A stretch of 64,000 nt of DNA from the human T2T-CHM13v2.0 reference genome, Homo sapiens: assembly GCF_009914755.1 (NCBI RefSeq), contig NC_060932.1, one strand, 5' to 3'. The notes below the pieces were generated by a model. It did no database searches, had not been told where the DNA came from, and saw nothing but the letters and a program-made list of their open reading frames with translations. Below are positions 16,084 to 30,400 of the stretch, in pieces. A program made the translations under genes and the position numbers. The first letter of the stretch is position 1; each line of letters begins with the position of its first letter.

Positions 16084-19000
16084 AGAAATGTCATCTGTGG
16101 GCTAGGGCCTGAAATGTGGATCTTACAACTCTGTGTGGTGCTAATTCTGAGCTGGTATCCAAGTTGAAAGACAAGGTCGTCTTTACTCTCCTCTCTCCCC
16201 TCCTCAAGCAGAGGGAAGGAGTCCCTCCTAGAGCTATGAAGTGTTGGGGGAAGAGTGAAAATTCCTTGGCTGCCCCAGCTTATGTCTCACTAGGGCATGT
16301 GCACCCCAAGTCCACTGTCTCTGAGCCCAGCATAGCACCAGGACTTTTCCAGAAATTGCAGTCCTTGTGGCCTAGACTACCTTTCAAGTTTATTTAGGAC
16401 CACAGAGCACCTCAGCCTGCAGTGGCAAAGCTTGCTGGAACTTAGGATGGATGATTTGCTTCTGGCTAAGTCTGGTCTAGATGCTCCCTCCTTGGGTGAC
16501 GGCTGAGTTCTGCCTGGTGTTGCTTTCCACTGTGACAAGGCAGCACTGAATTCCAATGCAAAATCCCACAATCACTGCATTTTTTTCATCCCCAAGTGCT
16601 CAGATTTTCTTTCCACACCATTTGGCCACTGCTAGGGGATGGAGAAGAATGAATCACCTTTAGGCAATTCAAGACTGTTTTTCCTACCTTCTTCAGTGCT
16701 TCTTTCCTTAATATGATGTTAAAACCAGGTACTGTGATCACTCACCTGATTGCTGGTTCTTATGAAGGTGCTTATTTTGTATGAAGAGTTGTTTAATTTG
16801 GTCTTTCTGTGGGGGGTGATCACTTCAGGGTTCTATTGGCCATCTTGCTCCACCTCTAGATTTATTTTCATACTTCACAAAAGTGATTAAGACTGTAGGT
16901 TTAGATTCAGACATACTTGGATTCCTAATCCTGGTTGCATTACCCAGAGTTCACTTAATGTCTCTGAGTCTCGGTTTCTTCATCTGTGAAATGAATTCCT
17001 CATAGAGTTGCAAAGTTTAAGGAGTTAAGGCATACAAAGTGCCATGCATACAGTAGATGTTATTATGTAACTCTCCAAATCTTCTTGGGCTATTATGCAA
17101 CTGGGAAAGCCATTCCCAGAAAGAGCATTCCATCACAGAAGGTCATGATTTATATTCAGGAAGCTCTCTTTCAACAGGGCAGAAAAAAATAGAGATGAAA
17201 TACATCCCTTTTAAGCCGTACAGCTGGAAGCCTAACAAAGAATCTCCTGTCTGCATGACGAGAAAATGGAGATACATTTTGGGAACATGTATCTTTATAG
17301 AGAGGGCAGAGGGACCCAGGAGGGTTAGCTCTAAGAAGAGAGGTTTGGGTGGGGACTGAGAGAGACCTGGCAGCTGGCTTCAAGCATCAAAGGACCAGAG
17401 AAGAGGAAGGAGACTTATGAGGTGGGGCTCTAGGATGGGCCTAAGAACACATGGTCATACGTGAAAAAATGGGATGATTTGGGGTCTATCCAAGGAAGAA
17501 CTTGCCCATAGGCAGTAAATTCCCTTAGTGGACTGGGATCCACAGGGAGGTAGTGAGCTGCATATGGGAGTGTCCCCACCTCTGACCTTCTCTCCAATAG
17601 CCTATTCTCTGGCCCTGCCCTCCATTCTTCTCATTGTCTCTTACTATAATACCTTCCTTTTGACTCATGAAGATACCCAATCCTTTCTTCTGTTTCAGTT
17701 TCATCTCTGTCCATCTCAGACTACAAGTTTCATCCCTTTAGCCATACTCTTCCCAGCTGTCTCAATTCTCTTCCCTGTTTTACTATTAAAAACCCCATCT
17801 AATTATCCTGCTTCTCTGCTCTCATGCTCTGCCTTTGTGATTGATTTACCACAAATTCAATGGTTTCAGCCATAGTGGATATCCAGAGAGGTCAAACAAC
17901 CACCTCAGCTTATATAGCTGGTGAATTTTAAAAAGAGGACTCAAACAAAACCTGCTAACTCTAAGTCTCCTTCTTTTTCTAGGATATTATTATGCCTCTC
18001 TCAGGTATTTTAGTATTATTCCTAAGGTAAGAATAATGAAGAAGGGAAGAAAAGAATGAACTGGAATGAACTGGGAGAAAGACTCTTAAGGACATAGAAA
18101 CACATTGAGGTCACTGATTCACTAAATATGAATCAAGACCCTCCCTGTGTTTATTCCACGACCAGTGGAGACACAAAAATTAGCAAGATACTATTTTCAT
18201 TCTCAAGACATTTGCAGACATCTAAGTAAATTATTTGAAAACAAGATGGTAGAGGAATGATGGGAATATGATGTGACTTTAGGGACCTGTTTAGCTTAGG
18301 TTCCCAGAAACGAAACTTGGGAAGATTCTCATACATGTAAGGTTTGGGTGGCATGCTCTCAGGAGAAGTGGGTGACGGAGCATAGGGCAGGTCTCTGAGG
18401 TCAGGGAGACCAGCTACAGCCTGATCCTGTGAGGCGCTCTCAAGTGAGTGGCATCACAGACTTGGCCCCACTTTGAGGCATGTGGGCTGGGCTTTTATAT
18501 CCCCACACGAAGCTGTGAGTGGCTTCAGGCACAAGAAGGGGGCCTTATAATCTTCTGTGGAGAGACAGACTCCATTAGTAGAAGGCAATTCTGTACGGAA
18601 GGTGGCTGTTGTAAGCTATTAGCAGTGATCTCAGTATCTGGGGTTTGGGGGCTCCTTCCTGGTAAAGAGGATCTGGGTGGGGCACCACCAATGACTATTG
18701 CAGGGAGACAGAGTAGTGACACCTGGCCTGCCTGGAGAGGAAAGGCAGGGGTCAGGAACGAAGAAGTTAGGAAGGCTTCCCAAGTTAAGAGGTCCTTGTG
18801 ATTATGGGCATTTGATCCTGAACCTTTCTTGATTTGAACAGTCAACAAACTCTGTAACATGGCTAGCTTTGGAGCTCCTTCCAAAAGAGAGGAATGTTCA
18901 TCTAAATCTTTTAAAGCATTTGAAATTAGATTACAAAATGGAAAGATCAATGACACCAGTATGCCTGCAGTGAATATCTATTCCTATACAAAGATATTTA

Positions 19001-19513
19001 TAGCACAAAAGCTGCCCTATTTGTAGGGGAAAAAATGATGTTTTCCTTCCCTCTCTCCCCACTCTGCTTCTCTCTCTCTCTCCCCACCCCCCGCCCTTAA
19101 TTGGGGATTTAGACAAGAAGTCTTCTCTTACAGAAGAAGCAGGTTTGGAAAGGTGTTCATGATATTTAGTGAAAAAGGCAGGTTACAAAATGACGTATCT
19201 ATGATTCTTTACCAACATCTCTATAGTGCAAGGTTCTCAGGGACACTGCAAGGTTATACACTATAATGTTTAAAATGGTTATAACAGTTTTGTGATTTCT
19301 AATGACTCTTTTTTTAGTTGATGGTATTTTCTAATTTGTCATTTGTGTAGTTATTACAAAAGAGAAAATAAGATGGATAGAGATGATAGCTCATCATCAT
19401 TGTCAGTCTTGTTGGTCTGATCATTGCTCTTTCTACCTTCATAATGGGAGCTTACCTTATTGCTGTGGGAGAACATGAGTTTGGATCCTTTATGCCAAGC
19501 AGACTGATTCTGA

Positions 19514-19738
<225 letters not shown>

Positions 19739-19839
19739 TAGGAGACATAGCCTGGGAGAACAGTCAAGGATTTTGCTGGTGGAATTTTGTCCAGTTTCTA
19801 GGACTGTTTTCTTCAGTTCTTCACTAAAATCAGAAATGT

Positions 19840-19841
<2 letters not shown>

Positions 19842-19870
<29 letters not shown>

Positions 19871-20154
19871 GAGACGGAGTCTTGCTTGGTCACCAGACTG
19901 GAGTGCAGTGTGCAGTGGCACGATCTCAGCTCACTGCAACCTCTGCCTCGTGGGTTCAATGATTCTTCTGCCTCAGCCTCCCGAGTATCTGGGACTACAG
20001 GCACACACCACCATGCCCGGCTAATTTTTGTATTTTTAGTAGAGATGGAGTTTCACTGTGTTGGCCAGGATGGTCTCAATCTCCTGATCTCATGATCCTC
20101 CTGCCTCGGCCTCCTGAAGTGCTGGGATTACAGGCTTGAGCCACTGTGCCCGGC
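19842..20154 (-). mobile_element. AluS with long T tract ~105 nt downstream of exon B
   Basis: Reverse-complement Alu dimer. Confidence 0.93.
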
Positions 20155-20578
20155 CAGAAACATAATTTTTTAATCTCAGCTATGAGAACAAGGTGCAAAT
20201 AGGAGCAAGAAGGTAAGTACCACTCAACTGAATCTTTAGCAACATGACAACCCTCCAGATACATCTAGGTAATTCATTTAAGGGCAGAGCAATGATGATG
20301 GTGGTGATCATATCTGAAGTACCCTTTATTCTATAACTGAAGCAAAGTAAGATAGGAAGGTCAGAACTTACAATTTCAATCCAAATCCTCTTATTATATT
20401 CATCTGAGTCCTGTGCTATTATGTAAATTCAATTTGATGGGATTATTGAATACATCATTTCTTATCTTATTTTTGACACAGTCATTTGCAAAACTGAAAG
20501 ACTCAAAAAAAAAAAAAAAAAAAAACAATTGTCAGGCACCAGAAAAGATAATTTCAGAAAACAGCTGGGGGCACTTAC

Positions 20579-20621
20579 ATGTACTCTCACTGATCTCCTT
20601 TAATCCATTCAAAGTTTCAAC
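20579..20621 (-). ncRNA. Candidate 43-nt antisense micro-exon
   Basis: Minus strand ttttacttctatttgcag| acceptor and CAT|gtaagt donor. Confidence 0.4.
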
Positions 20622-21106
20622 CTGCAAATAGAAGTAAAATTACAGAATTTTTTAAAAGAAAGTGGTGTCAAGCACCAATCAAACAAGAAGGGATAGTGTA
20701 CTGAGAGTCTTTTATTGCCAGATCTTGAAATATGTATGATCTCACTGGATTCTCATAATAGAATATTTCTTCCCCCATTTTGTATGCGAAGAGAATGAAG
20801 ATGTTGTATGGCCCTGACACAGCTACATCTCTACGCTCCTCAGTCCCTCTGCTCTTTTCAATCTAGACACTCTCTGGGGACTGAACCATGACTACTCTCA
20901 GGATAACAGGGACTCCCAAATCTATTTTCCTAGACAGCCCTCTTTCCTGAGCAGCAGATCTAAGCACTTCTGCTTGGATGTCCCACAGATTACTCACCAG
21001 GCTCATTGTCTTCACAGACAACTTTTCTTCTTTCCCTATTTTTCCTATCTCTCAGCCCACCATTCTGAGTCCTCCAAGCCACAGACAAGAAAATTGTCAA
21101 CTGTTG

Positions 21107-21440
<334 letters not shown>

Positions 21441-24324
21441 TCAGTGATGAAGCCAGTCAATACAGTTCTTAAGTATTTCTCATATATAGATATACAGATA
21501 TGCCATTTAAAAATTCTGGCCATTGGCACCTTCACCTTACATTACTAGAAAACAACAACAGCAACAACACCTCCTACCTGGTTTGAATCTTATTCAAGAC
21601 CTTCGCTAAACTATGAGAACCAGTTACTCTCCTGATTCACATCACTCATTGACTCCCTGTGGCTTTCAGGATTAATTCCGGAGGCCGTAGCTTATGGATT
21701 TGATCCTAGTCTACTTCTCCACCTTCATTTCTGGCCACTCCACAAATTCTTTCTTCTATTCCAAACTGCAGTGCCCCATGGCAGTATCCCAATATGTCCT
21801 GCTGTGTGCTGCTTCTGGACCTTAGAACACACTCTTCCTTACGCCTGGCAATAATCTCCCTCCTCAGAACTGCTAGGTTCAAGACAAAGCCCAATTCCAT
21901 TCCCTGAATCCCCAGTCTGATTTAGACTTTGTCCTCACCTCCCCCAAGCACTGATTGAAGACTTTTTACCTGTCTCTCTCCTCTGTTAAACTGGGAGCAT
22001 GTTGAGGCCAGGGACTATGCCTTATTCACACACATATCTGTTCATCTCTGTGACCAGTGAATGGCAGTAGATGCTCATAAGTGTTTTTGAATAAGTTAAG
22101 GAATTACTATAACTGGATTGGGTACAGAGTACTATGGGAACAGAGTCAGGTGAGTAATCCCACTGGGGAGGAGGTAAGGAGTTGGGGAAAGTCACAGAAA
22201 GAGTAACATCCTAAAGGATGAGAATGTGCTTAAGGGATTGAGGGAAAGCATTTAGGACAAAGCAGAATGGAGTCCATTGAAATAGTCTTAGCTGTTTGTC
22301 CTCTTGTTTTTGAGCATTCCCTGAATTTTCTAAACCCTGTCCTTCCATGGGCCTTCCAAGAATCACCTTCTTTGGGGTAATTTTTCGTTCCCTGAAAGCC
22401 ATACTTGTTTATCTGTCGTTCTTCACAACACCAGAGAGAACCCAAAATTCCTCTGTCTTTTAACTTCATTCTCAAAACTGAGGCCATCAGTGAGGGAACA
22501 GCTGGATCTGCAGTTCTGGGGGACTGTTCTGAGACTACTCAGAGGTACTCTGCATCTTTGCACTGGGGCCAGGCAGTGAAGACATTCTCTACCTTGATGG
22601 ATTAGCCATTGTTGACTATTGGTGGGGGTTTCAGGGGAAGATGGTAAGGGAAGGGTTTAGGAGGAGATGAGAGGTCTCAAAGCATCCTTGGATGCACCTC
22701 ATATCAGTGCTGTCCTGCTGGCTCAAGGAGATCAAAATAAGTCATGCTGGTATTTTTTTTTGGTACAGTTGGGCTTTCTGTACATTCTTCAGTCACCATA
22801 TTGAGGCTCTGTCTATATAGTGGCAAGCCAGGGAGGCAGCAGCTGAGTTGGAAAATTCTATGTCTACAAACAACCCCTATACATGTGTGCACATATATGC
22901 ATGCATGTGCACATATATATGAACACACACAATTTATTTGTTGCCCCCATTAAAATGTCACCTTGGATTTGTTCTGGGCTTTCCAGTGTTGCAAAGCACA
23001 TGCATTCACATGCAGCTTATTTACTAGGCTGGAGCTCCGGAATGGGACTGGAGAATAAGATATCCAATGACAGGTCATCATGTGATGACCCAAAGTCACA
23101 AAGCTGGTCCTGTATCGGGACAGCCATTTAGACTGGCAGTCTCCTCTTTCCACAAACAGCACAGCACCTTGCCATCTGCTGCCCTCCAGCTGCACTGCAG
23201 TTTGCCTAAGAAGCCACAGCATCCTTGTCCATGTAGACACACTAAGACTAGGAGGTCCCTGAGAACCAAACAGACAAAGGCCTTGAACATCATTAGCACG
23301 AGATGATCCAAACCAAAGAAACCTTGAGACAAAGCAAAATTTGGGGTGGGAATTTATCTATCTGCAGGATTCTTAGTGCAATAATTTTTTAAGAGATAAA
23401 GTAGAGCAGTTTGGTTTCTAAACTTGTTTTTGTTCTCCTGCTGTAATAACAACCTCAGTTTCTGCCAAAAACTTATGTGGCTTCTCTTCTGAGTAAACAC
23501 CTGCTGGTCTGTTTTCTGCAGAGCAGACCACGGGGCACCTTCACTAATTTTATTGTCTCCTTCAGAGGAAATTTGCGTGGAAGAGCTAAAAAGAATAACC
23601 ATCCATTCTTTCAGGCTGAAGTTCTCTTTAGCTTTTTGGAATGAAAACAAATGTCTCTCTCTCTCTTTCTCTCTCTCCCTCTCTCCCTCTCCCCCCCCTA
23701 CTTTCTAGAGGCTTCTTCCTCCATATGCCATCCTGTCACACCCATTCCATGGACTTTAGTCTTCTACAGTTCTCTTCACACAGTCCCAGGTGTTTGGGAA
23801 AAAATTACATGGGGTTTGGGGGAAAACCTGGTCAAAACAATAGCTGTCATTAGGCAGGGAACTTCTTCAACTTTTTGTTATATTTCTCCCCCTTTAGCTA
23901 CCTCCACACCCACCCACTTCCTTCTTGGAATTAAAATCTATAAATTAACTGCTGCTTTTCTGTCATCTCTCTCACACTGTTAACTGCCTCTTATCAGCAT
24001 GCTCACATTTCCAACTGCCATCTTTAAATATTCCTTCTGGCTCCACAGCTTCCCCTTTTAGCTACTTTGCTATCCTCCTCTTGCCATTTTTAGCCAAGCA
24101 GGTAACCTACTAGCATTAATTCCTGGCAACAAAAAATATCAGATGGATGGATGGAAGAAAAGAATGGAAGAAAAGTGGATGGAGGGAAGGGTGGTTAGAT
24201 GAGCAAGCCATGAAATGCCAAAGTTTAGTTTGGGACACAGGCCTTTACCCTCATTGATAGTATGATTATTTTTTTACATTTCTCTAGTAATTTCAGCTTA
24301 TATAATGCACTTACATCTGTTATC

Positions 24325-25503
24325 TTTTTTAAAATTGCCTTTTTCCATAGGTTTTGGTGGAACACATGGTATTTGGTTACATGAGTAAATTCTTTAGTAG
24401 TGACTTGTGAGATTTTGGTGCACCCATCACCTGAGCAGTATACGCTGAACCCAATTTGTAGTCTTTTATCCCTCACTCCCTTCCTACCCTTTCCCCTCCG
24501 AGTCCCCAAAGTCCACTGTATCCTTCTTATGCCTTTGCATCCTCATAGCTTAGCTCCCATTTATGAATGAAAGCATACGATGTTTGGTTTTCCATTCCTG
24601 AGTTGTGTCACTTAGAATCATAGTCTCCAATCATGTCCAGGTTGCTGCAAATGCCATTAATTCATTCCTTTTTATGGCTGAGTAGTATCCCATCATATAT
24701 ACGCACACACACCACAGTTTCTTTATCCACTCATTGATTGATGGGCAATTGGGCTAGTTCCACATTTTTCCAATCGTAAATTGTGTTGCTATAAACATGC
24801 GTGTGCATATCTTTTTTGCTTAATGACTTCTTTTCCTCTGGGTAGATATCCAATAGTGGAATTGCCAGATCAAATGGTAGTTCTACTTTTAGTTCTTTAA
24901 GACCTGAAACTATAAAAATTCTAGAAGATAACATCAGAAAAACCCTTCTAGACATTGGCTTAGGCAAAGATTGTATGACCAAGAACCCAAAAGCAAATGC
25001 AACAAAAACAAAGATAAATAGGTGGGATTTAATTAAACTAAAGAGCTTTTGCACAGCAAAAGTAACAGCAGAGTAAATAGACAACCCACAGAGTGGGAGA
25101 AAATCTTCACAATCTATACATCTGACAAAGAATTAATATCTAGAATCTACAAGGAACTCAAATTAGCAAGAAAAAAAACTCATCAAAAAGTGGGCTAAGG
25201 ACATGAATAGACAGTTCTCAAAAGAAGACACACAAATGACCAACAGACATATGAAAAAATGCTCAACATCACTAATGATCAGGGAAATGCAAATCAAAAC
25301 CACAATGCTCAAAATGCACAAATGATCAAAATGCACAAATGCAAATCAAGACCACAATGCTCAAAATGCACAAAGCCACCTTACTCCTGCAAGAATGACC
25401 ATTATCAAAAAAATAAAAAAAATAGATGTTGGCATGAATGCAGTGAAAAGGTAACACTTCTACACTGCTGTTGGGAATGTAAACTGGTACAACCACTATG
25501 GAA
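24325..25503 (-). mobile_element. 5'-truncated L1PB-type element with 5' inversion (24325-24900 minus, 24900-25503 plus)
   Basis: L1 3' end on minus abuts ORF2 sequence on plus; approximate TSD tacat.t.ttatctt. Confidence 0.85.
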
Positions 25504-25608
25504 TACATTTATTATCTTGACTTTCACATATGCCTGGCACATAGAGACTAAAAAGGAAAAGTTACTTTTCTTCCTGTTTTCCCTCTCTCATTTAAAACCA
25601 TCCTCCTT

Positions 25609-26695
25609 CTGCACTCCAGCCTGGGTGATGGAGCAAGACCTTGCCTTTTAAAAACAAATTAAGTACTTTTTTTTTGAAAGGAAAACATTTATTTATTTAC
25701 TTCCTCTGCAGTTTTCCTGACTGCTACATTTCATAAGAAGGGATTGTTTATGAGGGTCAAGGAGCTGGAGGCCTGGGGAGGAGCTGGTGTTTTTGTTCAA
25801 GTTTGAGGGTCCTGGAGCTGGAGCCCAGGGGAGGAGCCGGTGCTGCACTGATGTTGCAGGGTCGTGGAGCTGAAGATCCCAGAGGAGCCGGTGCTGCTAT
25901 TCTAGCTTGAGTTTTGTAGAGCTGGAGACCCAGGGAGAAGATGGTGCTGCTGTTCTAATTTAAGGATCATGAAACAGAAGAGCCACACAGGAGCTGGTGC
26001 TGCTGCTGTTCAGATCTGAGGGTGCTGGAGCTGGAGCCTGGGGGTGGAACTGGTGCTGCCTTTGAAGTCTGAGGGTCATTGATCGGGAGGTCCAGGAAGG
26101 AGCTGGTGCTGCTGTTCTAGGGTGAGAGTTGAGGAGCTGCAGACCCAGCGAGGAGCCATGTTGTTGTAGTTCCAGGGTCAGGAAGCTGGAGACCCAGGGA
26201 GGAGAGGTCTTGTTCTAGTTTGAGGTTCATGGAGCTGCAGACCCAAGGAGGAGCAATGTTGTTGTAGTTCGAAGGTCAGGTAGCTGGCAACCCGGGCAGG
26301 AGAAGTCTTGTTCTAGTTTGAGGGTCGTGGAACTGCAGACCCAGGGAGGAGCAATGTTGTCGTAGTTTGAGGGTCTGCAAGCTGGCGACCCGGGGAGGAG
26401 AGGTCTTGTTCTAGTTTGAGGGTCGTGGAACTGCAGACCCAGGCAGCAGCAATGTTGTTGTAATTCGAGGGTCTGGTAGCTGGCAACCCGTGGAGGAGAG
26501 GTCTTGTTCTGGTTTTAGGGTCGTGGAGCTGCAGATCCAGGCAGGAGCAATGTCGTTGTAGTTCAAGGGTTCGGAAGCTGGCGAGTCAGGGAGGAGGAGA
26601 GGTCTTGTTCTAGTTTGAGGGTCGTGGAGCTGCAGACCGAGGCAGCAAATTAATTACTTAATTAAATTAATTAAATAAAAATAAAGCCATCCTTC
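25609..26695 (+). mobile_element. Severely 5'-truncated Alu 3' end whose A-rich tail is split by the satellite insertion
   Basis: ctgcactccagcctgggtga...gcaagacc; tail resumes at ~26660; approximate TSD aaa.ccatcct.ctt. Confidence 0.6.
25669..26645 (-). repeat. D20S16-like satellite array (~7 x 53-bp units then ~10.5 x 49-bp units as 98-bp dimers) with retroposition hallmarks
   Basis: gagggt-anchored periodicity measured directly; family name inferred from recalled 53-bp and 98-bp unit sizes and the CAGCT/AGCTG core. Confidence 0.75.
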
Positions 26696-26866
26696 TTGAA
26701 AAAGGCCTGCCTAAAAAAATCCCGCCCTCTAGTGATCATTTCTAAGCTTTGTTCTGGTTCTGATGGTAGCTGTTAATACCTCTCCATTGTAGCCATCTAA
26801 CTGTTCATTGTTCATTGCTCACAGGTCCCCAATTATAGATCAAAGATGGTGTTAAAAGTTTGATAG

Positions 26867-27121
<255 letters not shown>

Positions 27122-27496
27122 TGATGGATTAGAGAATTGGGAAGCTGGTGGGGGAAGGGATTTTTAAAATCCACCTAGTAGAGGATGTTGACCTCAGTTC
27201 AAACACAAATAAATTGAGGATGCTGCATTTGGAGGGCACGTGGATCCTACTATGCAAATCTAGGGGAATGAGACCTCATTTTGCAAAATCCCTGGACTTG
27301 AATCAAACTACCTGAATTCAAATCCCTGCTCTGCTTCTGGCTGTTATAGGATCTAGGTATGGGCTGTTTTTCTAATCTCCAAAGGGCAGGAGTTGACAAC
27401 TTTCTCACAAAATTGATAGATCCTGGCTTCAACTAATAAAAAATCCTAAGTCCCTGGCATAGTGGACAACTGCCTACAAGATCAGGCCCTGCCTAA

Positions 27497-28172
<676 letters not shown>

Positions 28173-29754
28173 CAACACCCTGTTATTTTCCTTTGGACCT
28201 CTTATCATACTTTACAATATATTTGTGTGTTTATTTGTTCAATAACTATTTGCCACTGTTTCTATAGCATTTAGCATAATACCTGGCACGTGATAGCCAC
28301 TAAATAATTATTCAGGGAATTGAATGTCTGAAAGTATTTTATACTGTAAACAGTGCCAATCAATATCCAATCAATGCTAGATTTTCCCACCTAAGCCCAA
28401 GGAGGGAGAGAAAGCTGGGACCTCTGTTTCTCTGACATCTTGCACCTCCCCTTTATAAATTCTTCTCTCCTACTCCCGTGCTCCCTCTACTCCGTCCCAC
28501 ATGCCTTACCAGATCATCTTTGTCTTGACCCTCCTGTTCCGTTAAAACCTATGCTAAGTCAAGAACAAATTTCTCTGTCCCATTTGCTTTATAATCCTTG
28601 TCTCTCAATTTGTAAAACAAAGTATTGTCTCTGACCATGGGGATTCCAGGCAACATGGAGATAAACTCTGAAAGTGGTCAGGAGGCCTAGTCTGGGGTCA
28701 CAGCACATGGAGGTCACAGACTGTCTTGGTTGAGCTGGTCTTACTTCTCTTCAGACAGAACAGATCGTTTATCTCCAAGAGTCTTGACAAAGCAAATCAG
28801 AATTTTTTCCTAGAGGCCATAGTGACATTCATTTCTAATTCCTTTCTCAGTGTTGGCATCCCTGCCATGCTTGGCATATCATGGCTAACCACCATGAGAG
28901 ACATGACTGAATGTTTACTAACTACCAAGCACTGTTTGAAGATATCCATACCCCCTATAGTGTTGTAGGTGGGTTCTGTTATTATTCCATTCCACAGATA
29001 AAGAAATTGGGCATAAATGGATTAATTCACTTGTAAGTGATAGAGCCTGGATTTGAACCAAGGCAATCTGACTCTGGAGCCCAAATCCTTAACTATGCCA
29101 CAATGTTTCCTATTATAGTGAATGTGTAAAGAGGGGAACATATGTCCCTAGGCACGAGACTTTGGGATATGGTAGAGAATATAGTTTCGTAAATTCTAGC
29201 AAAGGAGTAGTAACACATATACTTCCCCTTAGGTGCCATTTTCCTCCAGGCCACTAAATAGAATTCTAGAATTTAGGCCCAAAGGAAAAGTGTGATTATT
29301 AAGTATACAAGCATAGGGCCATTGCCATATACAATCTGTCCCATTATCTGGCCCAAAACTCATGCAATCAGAAGAATGGGGAACCCTTTAATTTCAGGGA
29401 TTATTCAATATGATTATATCCCTATGTAAAAAAATTGACTTGAACATTACTTTTGAAGTTTTGGGTAATTATATCTAATTACTCTACATTGTTAGCTATT
29501 TCCCACGTTATTAGGTTTCCCCAGAGGGTAGATTCTAAATAAATGGTACCCATTAGGGAATGGATCTATAACAGAAACAATGAGTTTGAACAGTATGGGA
29601 GAAGACTTGTATGTGGACCAATTCCACTTACTAAAAGAAAAGTTCAAAGTTAGAATGCAGTAGCATTTTCCAATTCAAGTACAAGAAAACTAGATAAATC
29701 CTCCTTCATTGCCAAAACAAAAAAAAAATAGCTGTTATTTCTAGTACATTATAA

Positions 29755-29943
<189 letters not shown>

Positions 29944-30400
29944 TAGGCGGAGCTGAGCTTCTGTGGTCTCAGCTTTTAATTACCTTGAGAAAGTCGTCGA
30001 TTTCACATGCATTCAAATGGGTGTTTTAGAGTGCTGTATCCATCTTAATTTTGTTCAGTAATTTCACTCGTGCTTGTGGACTAACTATTGCTTCTTGACA
30101 CTGTAACAACTCAAACATAAATCAAAGGTAGGAAAAAGCAAAGGAAGACTTACTACAGAGACTCTGTAGGAAACAAGAAAAATGCTAGTAGTGTTAGTGT
30201 ACCAGCATAGTGCTGTGCATGTGGTAGACACTCAGCAACTATTTGACACTTAGATGGGCAGAAGAATAAGCTATTAATATATAAAATACCATAGTAGGGC
30301 TGAGGGAAAACATCTCTTCTCTGAAGGCTCACTGAAAATCAACTATTTTCAGTGAAATATACTATTCAGTGAGCCTGAATAGTATATTTGAATATACTAT

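Noticed and set aside
25752-26645. Array as CRISPR-like, SVA VNTR or coding repeat
   Set aside because: Contiguous degenerate units without unique spacers; no SVA hexamer/Alu-like/SINE-R parts; no ORF of 60 aa or more in the supplied track
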